Shown here: one piece after another, positions 58,466 to 64,000 of the stretch | How the letters are laid out: each line of letters opens with the position of its first letter | How positions within the stretch are numbered: the stretch's first letter is position 1 | Assembly: GCF_035554175.1 (NCBI RefSeq) | Contig: NZ_DATMIV010000018.1 | Span: 84,076-148,075 of the forward strand | Reading direction: 5' to 3' | Source of the DNA: Pseudomonas sp. | GTDB taxonomy: Bacteria > Pseudomonadota > Gammaproteobacteria > Pseudomonadales > Pseudomonadaceae | DNA length: 64,000 bases | Position numbers and translations under genes: made by a program | Notes under the pieces: generated by a model | Told to the model about the DNA's origin: nothing | Seen by the model: the letters and a program-made list of their open reading frames with translations, nothing else | The model's database searches: none

Positions 58466-59431
58466 ATGCGCTTTATCACCGAAATCAAAACCTTCGCTGC
58501 CCTGGGCAGCGGTGTCATCGGCAGTGGCTGGGTCGCCCGTGCGCTCGCCCATGGCCTCGACGTCGTGGCCTGGGATCCGGCGCCCGGCGCCGAAGCCGCA
58601 CTGCGCCAACGCGTGGCCAATGCCTGGGGCGCGCTGGAGAATAACGGCCTGGCACCGGGCGCCTCCCAGGAGCGTCTGCGCTTTGTTGCGACCATCGAGG
58701 AATGCGTGCGCGATGCCGATTTCATTCAGGAAAGCGCTCCGGAGCGGCTGGAGCTGAAACTCGATCTGCACAGCAAGATCAGCGCAGCCGCCAAGCCAGA
58801 CGCGCTGATTGGCTCAAGCACTTCGGGCCTGTTGCCCAGCGAGTTCTATGAGAGCTCGACGCACCCTGAACGTTGCGTGGTCGGGCATCCGTTCAACCCG
58901 GTGTATCTGTTACCGCTGGTGGAAGTGGTCGGCGGCAAGCACACCGCGCCCGAGGCAGTTCAAGCGGCGATGCAAGTCTACGAATCACTCGGCATGCGCC
59001 CGTTGCATGTGCGCAAGGAAGTGCCGGGGTTCATTGCTGACCGCTTGCTTGAAGCGCTATGGCGTGAGGCGCTGCATCTGGTCAACGACGGCGTGGCGAC
59101 GACCGGCGAGATCGACGATGCGATCCGTTTTGGCGCTGGCCTGCGCTGGTCGTTCATGGGCACGTTCCTGACTTATACCCTAGCCGGCGGCGATGCCGGC
59201 ATGCGCCACTTCATGTCGCAATTCGGCCCGGCGTTGCAGTTGCCGTGGACCTATCTGCCGGCGCCGGAGCTGACCGACAAGTTGATCGATGATGTGGTGG
59301 ATGGCACCACTGAACAGCTTGGCCGCCACAGCATTTCGGCGCTGGAGCGCTACCGTGATGATTGCCTGCTGGCGGTGCTCGAAGCGGTGAAGAGCACGAA
59401 AGAGAAGCACGGGATGAGTTTCAGCGAATAA
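58466..59431 (+). CDS. cdhA: L-carnitine dehydrogenase (3-hydroxyacyl-CoA dehydrogenase family)
   Basis: NAD motif [12 protein letters not shown] and a HAD-family core ([25 protein letters not shown]). Confidence 0.85.
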   Translation: MRFITEIKTFAALGSGVIGSGWVARALAHGLDVVAWDPAPGAEAALRQRVANAWGALENNGLAPGASQERLRFVATIEECVRDADFIQESAPERLELKLDLHSKISAAAKPDALIGSSTSGLLPSEFYESSTHPERCVVGHPFNPVYLLPLVEVVGGKHTAPEAVQAAMQVYESLGMRPLHVRKEVPGFIADRLLEALWREALHLVNDGVATTGEIDDAIRFGAGLRWSFMGTFLTYTLAGGDAGMRHFMSQFGPALQLPWTYLPAPELTDKLIDDVVDGTTEQLGRHSISALERYRDDCLLAVLEAVKSTKEKHGMSFSE

Positions 59432-59440
59432 ACGCAGCCC

Positions 59441-59576
59441 CCTGTGGCGAGGGAGCTTGCTCCCGCTCGGCCGCGAAGCGGTCGTAAAACCAGCGAGTGC
59501 GGCCTGGCTGACACACCGCGTCACGAGGTTTCGGGACTGCTGCGCAGTCCAGCGGGAGCAAGCTCCCTCGCCACAA
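59441..59576. repeat. REPIN, family C
   Basis: Arms at 59441-59470 and 59549-59576, inside the cdhA/cdhB gap. Confidence 0.85.
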
Positions 59577-59610
59577 GTGTGTATTTCGCCAGCGACCCAT
59601 GGAGTTCAGC

Positions 59611-60087
59611 ATGCCCCACCTCACCACCTACCAAACCACCATCATCCCCGAATGGGTCGACTACAACGGCCATCTGCGCGATGCCTTCTACCTGTTGATC
59701 TTCAGCTACGCCACCGACGCGCTGATGGACCGTCTCGGCATGGACAGCAGCAACCGCGAAGCCAGCGGCCACTCGCTGTTCACCCTTGAGCTGCACCTCA
59801 ACTACCTGCACGAAGTGAAGCTCGACACCGAAGTCGAAGTACACACGCAGATCATCGGCCACGACAGCAAACGCCTGCACCTCTATCACAACCTGCACAA
59901 GGTCGGCGATGAACAAGCGCTGGCCGGCAACGAACAGATGCTCCTGCACGTCGATCTCGCCGGCCCGCGCTCGGCACCGTTCAGCCCCGATACGCTGCAT
60001 CACCTGCAAGCCATCGTCGCTGATCAAACCGACCTGCCCGCGCCCGCTTACATCGGCCGCGTGATCGCGCTGCCACCTGCCCGGTAA
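59611..60087 (+). CDS. cdhB: hotdog-fold thioesterase (betainyl-CoA thioesterase-like)
   Basis: MPHLTTYQTTIIPEWVDYNGHLRDAFY is a 4HBT-like N-terminus. ATG 59611 follows GGAG. Confidence 0.75.
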   Translation: MPHLTTYQTTIIPEWVDYNGHLRDAFYLLIFSYATDALMDRLGMDSSNREASGHSLFTLELHLNYLHEVKLDTEVEVHTQIIGHDSKRLHLYHNLHKVGDEQALAGNEQMLLHVDLAGPRSAPFSPDTLHHLQAIVADQTDLPAPAYIGRVIALPPAR

Positions 60088-60111
60088 ATCCACTAACGCC
60101 AAGGAGCCGCC

Positions 60112-61275
60112 ATGAACACTGCCGTAGCTGTTGCCGATTTTCGTACTTATCCGTTGATCAGCGCGCTACGCGGCGTGCAGGGTCTGGCGGATCGCGTTGT
60201 CATCGAATGGGCTGACGGTCGTGTCAGCCCGTTTCACCACGTCTGGCTGCGCGACAATTGTCCATGTGATCGCTGCGTCTACAGCGTCACTCGCGAACAG
60301 GTATTCGAGAGCATCGATGCCGCCGAGGATCTGCAACCGCGCGCCACATGCATCGACACCGACGGCTGCCTGCGTATCGACTGGCAGGACGGGCACCTCA
60401 GCCGCTTCGATCCGGGCTGGTTGCGCGCTCACGCCTATGACGACCAATCCCGCGCCGAACGCCTGGCCGGCAAACCGCAGCCACGTTTGTGGCACAGCGA
60501 TCTGCAGTTGCCAGTGTTCCAATACTCAGCGCTGATGAACGACAACGCTGCGCTGCTGCAATGGTTGCTCGCCGTGCGTGATATCGGCCTGACCCAAGTG
60601 CGCGGCGTGCCCACCGAACCGGGCTCGCTGAAGCTCATTGCGCAGAGGATTTCCTTCATCCGCGAAAGCAACTTCGGCGTGCTGTTCAATGTGCAGTCCA
60701 AAGCCGACGCCGACAGCAACGCCTACACCGCCTTCAACCTGCCATTGCACACGGATCTGCCCACTCGCGAGTTGCAACCGGGGCTGCAATTTCTGCATTG
60801 CCTGGTGAACGATGCCGAGGGTGGCGAAAGTATTTTCGTCGACGGGTTTGCGATTGCCGATGCCTTGCGCCGTGAAGACCCGGCATCGTTTCAGGCCCTG
60901 TGTGAAATCCCCGTGGAGTTTCGCAACAAGGATCGGCACAGCGACTATCGCTGCCTGGCGCCGATCATTGCTGTGGATGCGATGGGCCGGGTTGCGGAGA
61001 TTCGCATGGCGAACTTTTTGCGCGGAGCGTTCGAGACGTCGGTGGAACAGATGCCAGGCTTGTATCGAGCCTATCGACGCTTCATCGCGATGACCCGCGA
61101 GCCGAGGTTTCGGCTGGTGCAGCGCCTCAATCCGGGCGAGTTGTGGTGCTTTGACAACCGCCGCACGCTGCATGCGCGCAATGCATTCGACCCGGCGAGC
61201 GGGGCGCGGCATTTTCAGGGCTGCTATGTCGACCGGGATGAGTTGTTGTCGCGCATTTTGGTGTTACAACGCTAG
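60112..61275 (+). CDS. gamma-butyrobetaine dioxygenase (TauD/BBOX family with N-terminal zinc domain)
   Basis: N-terminal H..W..D.CPCDRC zinc motif, an HTD facial-triad element (LPLHTDLP), and a distal RRTLHAR. AAGGAG-N6-ATG. Confidence 0.8.
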   Translation: MNTAVAVADFRTYPLISALRGVQGLADRVVIEWADGRVSPFHHVWLRDNCPCDRCVYSVTREQVFESIDAAEDLQPRATCIDTDGCLRIDWQDGHLSRFDPGWLRAHAYDDQSRAERLAGKPQPRLWHSDLQLPVFQYSALMNDNAALLQWLLAVRDIGLTQVRGVPTEPGSLKLIAQRISFIRESNFGVLFNVQSKADADSNAYTAFNLPLHTDLPTRELQPGLQFLHCLVNDAEGGESIFVDGFAIADALRREDPASFQALCEIPVEFRNKDRHSDYRCLAPIIAVDAMGRVAEIRMANFLRGAFETSVEQMPGLYRAYRRFIAMTREPRFRLVQRLNPGELWCFDNRRTLHARNAFDPASGARHFQGCYVDRDELLSRILVLQR

Positions 61276-61289
61276 ACCGCGTAATCGTT

Positions 61290-61373
61290 CTTCGCGAGCA
61301 GGCTCGCTCCCACATTTAACCGCATGCCCCTGAATGAACGCGGCCGCCTGTGGGAGCGAGCCTGCTCGCGAAA
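61290..61373. repeat. REPIN, family A
   Basis: Arms at 61290-61315 and 61347-61373. Confidence 0.9.
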
Positions 61374-61413
61374 GCGTCAGCGGGAACAACAAATCTCTGA
61401 CTGATTCACCGGC

Positions 61414-61449
61414 AAAAAAAACTCCGATCAAGCCGTGACAGGATCGGAG
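61414..61449 (-). terminator. Rho-independent terminator oriented for minus-strand transcription, with no annotated gene feeding it
   Basis: The minus strand reads CTCCGATC-ctgtcacggctt-GATCGGAG followed by TTTTTTTT. Confidence 0.6.
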
Positions 61450-61664
61450 CTGAGGAGGGTACTGTTGAGGAGCTGCCAAGCGAGGGTGACCAAACCTTCG
61501 TGAAGCGAGCTGGGGCCAGTGTGCCTACTCGCCCATCCAGTCGATTAGCCGAAAACGACCTGTTCATAGTCGTCCCGGCCACCGCGACAAAACGCCCTTG
61601 CCGCGTCCGGACGGGGCCACCAGAATCGAGCCAAGACCTCCGTTGCCACAGAAGGATTTGCGTG

Positions 61665-61928
61665 ATGATGTACGCCGATTTGATTGACCAGGAAGATCTG
61701 TTGGGCCAGCTCAAGGCCTTGGGTATCCAGGTGCCGAGCGGTACCAGCGCCGAACAGGCCTGTGAGTGTGCGGTGCGAGGACTGGATAACGTTCGCGCGT
61801 TCGAACTGCGCAAGATGGTCAAGGACATGTACACCAGCGGCGCCAGCATCCAGCCGGCGGTACGTCAGGCGATCGACAAGCAGTTGTTGCCGGCCCTTGC
61901 GGATTACCAGCAGTCCCACAGCGCCTGA
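61665..61928 (+). CDS. hypothetical 87-aa protein
   Basis: ATG after AAGGA. GC-rich third positions are typical of host genes. No recognisable family. Confidence 0.4.
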   Translation: MMYADLIDQEDLLGQLKALGIQVPSGTSAEQACECAVRGLDNVRAFELRKMVKDMYTSGASIQPAVRQAIDKQLLPALADYQQSHSA

Positions 61929-61933
61929 GAAAA

Positions 61934-62016
61934 GATCAAAAGATCGCGGCCTTCGGCAGCTCCTGCATTTGGAATACATGTCCCCTGTAGGAGCTGCCGA
62001 AGGCTGCGATCTTTTG
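61934..62016. repeat. REPIN, family B (left arm with two substitutions)
   Basis: Arms at 61934-61967 and 61984-62016. Confidence 0.85.
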
Positions 62017-62018
62017 CT

Positions 62019-63122
62019 TTACAGCCTTACGCTGGCAAACGTCGATTCATTGCGCGCCTGGCTCAGCGCCGACATCGGCCCCGACAGCGGCGACATCACG
62101 ATCGCCTGCGGCAGCGGCAGCATCGCCACTTGCTGGGTGGTGTTGGAGCCGACGCGCTCGTCACGCGGCGGGATGCCGAAGTATTCGCGGTAGCACTTGG
62201 AGAAGTGCGGCGTCGAGACGAAACCACACACCGACGCCACTTCGATGATCGACATCGGCGTCTGCTTGAGCAGTTGCCGCGCGCGGATCAGGCGCAGCTT
62301 GAGGTAGTAGCGCGACGGCGAGCAGTGCAGGTACTTCTGGAACAGCCGCTCCAGCTGTCGACGCGACACCGCGACATACACCGCCAGTTCATCGAGGTCG
62401 ATCGGCTCTTCGAGGTTGGCTTCCATCAGCGCGACGATTTCCTGCAGCTTCGGCTGGTTGGTGCCGAGCATGTGCTTGAGCGGCACGCGCTGGTGATCCT
62501 GCTCGTTGCGGATACGTTCGTAGACGAACATTTCCGAGATCGCGGCGGACAGTTCACGGCCGTGATCGCGGCTGATCAGGTGCAGCATCATGTCCAGCGG
62601 CGCGGTACCGCCGGAGCTGGTGAAGCGGTTGCGGTCGAGGGTGAACAGGCGTGTGCTCATGGCCACGCGCGGGAAAGCTTCCTGCATCGCCGCCAGACAT
62701 TCCCAGTGCACGCTGCAATCGAAGCCGTCGAGCAGACCGGCGCAGGCCAACGCCCAGCTGCCGGTGCACACCGCGCCCAGACGCTTGGACTGGCGCGCCT
62801 GACTCTGCAGCCAGGACACGTGTTCACGGGTCACGGTGCGTTGAATGCCGATGCCGCCGCAGACAATCACCGTGTCCAGTGGCGGCGCTTTGTGCATGGA
62901 AGCGTCAGGGGTGATCTGCAGACCGTCACTGGCCCAGACCTGGCCGCCATCGACAGTGAGGGTGCTCCAGCGATACAGCTCGCGACCGGACAATTGGTTG
63001 GCCATGCGCAGCGGCTCAACGGCGGACGCCAGGGAAATCAGCGTGAAATTGTCCAGCAGCAGAAAGCCGATGGATTGAGGCGCACGGTTCTGGGGTTGGG
63101 CCCCGGAGTTGAACGACGTCAT
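62019..63122 (-). CDS. gbdR: AraC-family glycine betaine/dimethylglycine-responsive activator GbdR
   Basis: 367 aa with a GATase1-like domain (IGFLLLDNFTLISLASAVEPLRMAN) and an AraC HTH. Adjacent to sdaB, as in PAO1. Confidence 0.8.
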   Translation of the reverse strand: MTSFNSGAQPQNRAPQSIGFLLLDNFTLISLASAVEPLRMANQLSGRELYRWSTLTVDGGQVWASDGLQITPDASMHKAPPLDTVIVCGGIGIQRTVTREHVSWLQSQARQSKRLGAVCTGSWALACAGLLDGFDCSVHWECLAAMQEAFPRVAMSTRLFTLDRNRFTSSGGTAPLDMMLHLISRDHGRELSAAISEMFVYERIRNEQDHQRVPLKHMLGTNQPKLQEIVALMEANLEEPIDLDELAVYVAVSRRQLERLFQKYLHCSPSRYYLKLRLIRARQLLKQTPMSIIEVASVCGFVSTPHFSKCYREYFGIPPRDERVGSNTTQQVAMLPLPQAIVMSPLSGPMSALSQARNESTFASVRL

Positions 63123-63554
63123 CGCGGTATCTCCTCACACAAAGCGGGTGGTGGCCTCAGGCGGAGGCTCTTGTTATTGCCGGCGTTCTCACACGGGAAG
63201 CAGGCTTTGTTATGACAGAGCAATTGCCATGCCTGAAATTGGATGGCCATTCAATAACTCCTGAAAACGACCTCGCGACCTGTCTATATGAGACCTCGGA
63301 ACACGACATTTCGAAGTGCCATCAAGCGCCGTAACGGCCCTGCCGCGCAGTCTGTGAGCAGATCGGTAGCACTTGTGGGAACTGGCCTGCAGAGGTTTTG
63401 CAAAGAGTGTCACCGCAAGCACGGGCGACGGACGGTCAGGTATCGACTGATAAGTCACGACAGACAATGGCTCTTGTCTGATTGCGACGCGCCAAAAGGT
63501 GGCGTGATTGAACTGAGGTGTTCGTTTGGTGAGCAGTTTTGACTGGTCTTGCGC

Positions 63555-63621
63555 TTTCGCGAGCAGGCTCGCTCCCACATTTGAAATGCATTCACCTGTG
63601 GGAGCGAGCCTGCTCGCGAAG
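63555..63621. repeat. REPIN, family A
   Basis: Arms at 63555-63580 and 63595-63621. Confidence 0.9.
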
Positions 63622-63647
63622 CATTCACCTCGGTGTCACTGACTGAC

Positions 63648-64000
63648 TCAGCATTCAACCGCGCTGACCGCCAGGCCACCGCGCGAAGTTTCTTTATATT
63701 TGTCATGCATATCGGCGCCGGTATCGCGCATGGTGCGGATCACCCGGTCCAGCGAGATAAAGTGCTGACCGTCGCCACGCAGGGCCATTTGCGCGGCGTT
63801 GATGGCTTTCACTGCGGCAATCGCATTGCGTTCGATGCACGGCACTTGCACCAGACCACCGACCGGATCGCAGGTCAGGCCAAGGTTATGTTCCAGGCCA
63901 ATTTCCGCCGCGTTGCACAATTGCTCCGGCGTTGCGCCCAAAATCTCCGCCAGCCCCGCCGCTGCCATGGCGCAGGCCGAACCGACTTCGCCCTGGCAAC
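63648..64000 (-). CDS. sdaB: L-serine dehydratase, C-terminal part (N-terminus beyond the window end)
   Basis: Frame is open to position 64000. ...[20 protein letters not shown]...[27 protein letters not shown] matches the iron-sulfur L-serine ammonia-lyase C-terminus. Confidence 0.85.
   Translation of the reverse strand, partial: CQGEVGSACAMAAAGLAEILGATPEQLCNAAEIGLEHNLGLTCDPVGGLVQVPCIERNAIAAVKAINAAQMALRGDGQHFISLDRVIRTMRDTGADMHDKYKETSRGGLAVSAVEC

Noticed and set aside
61406-61849. 147-aa minus-strand ORF overlapping the 87-aa plus-strand ORF and the orphan terminator.
   Set aside because: The product is Ser/Arg/Leu-rich, reads straight through the terminator hairpin and has no RBS. The plus-strand frame has better codon bias.

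Overview
High-GC Pseudomonas chromosome segment, fluorescens-lineage judging by its REP/REPIN families. There are no rRNA or tRNA genes, CRISPR arrays, transposases or integrases. From memory, gene order follows two P. aeruginosa PAO1 neighbourhoods. Block 1 (1-28.4 kb) carries bioH-bioF-bioB, comF-like, modE, phoX, srkA, rarD, gcvR and glcB. It continues with an orphan receiver, a DUF294/exonuclease pair, a FecI/FecR/TonB-receptor/PepSY xenosiderophore module, a GST and creBCD. Block 2 (31.2-64 kb) is a nearly complete quaternary-amine demethylation supercluster. It contains fdhA, purU, soxGADB, glyA, ltaE, gbcAB, etfBA-dgcBA plus PA5397/PA5396-like genes, cdhR, caiX-cdhCAB, a gamma-butyrobetaine dioxygenase, gbdR and sdaB. 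The two blocks meet in a decayed zone (28.4-31.2 kb). That zone holds a truncated ECF sigma/anti-sigma pair and a visibly lower-GC islet (DUF3757-like gene, CSD-like ORF, cold-shock gene) bracketed by a diverged duplication of the fdhA 3' end. Most intergenic gaps hold inverted REP pairs of three families. The most unusual non-coding signal is a phased array of perfect DnaA boxes in the 862-bp gbcA/etfB gap. More boxes lie in the adjacent etf genes, and a related two-box module lies downstream of rarD. Other leads are two CTGT-N8-ACAG palindromes in the islet, an XRE-HTH/DUF3010 pair with toxin-antitoxin-like layout, an orphan minus-strand terminator near 61.4 kb, and short motifs shared by GbdR/CdhR-type promoters. 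Many ORF-track starts were moved downstream because they read through REP elements. All family calls come from reading the translations, not from database searches.
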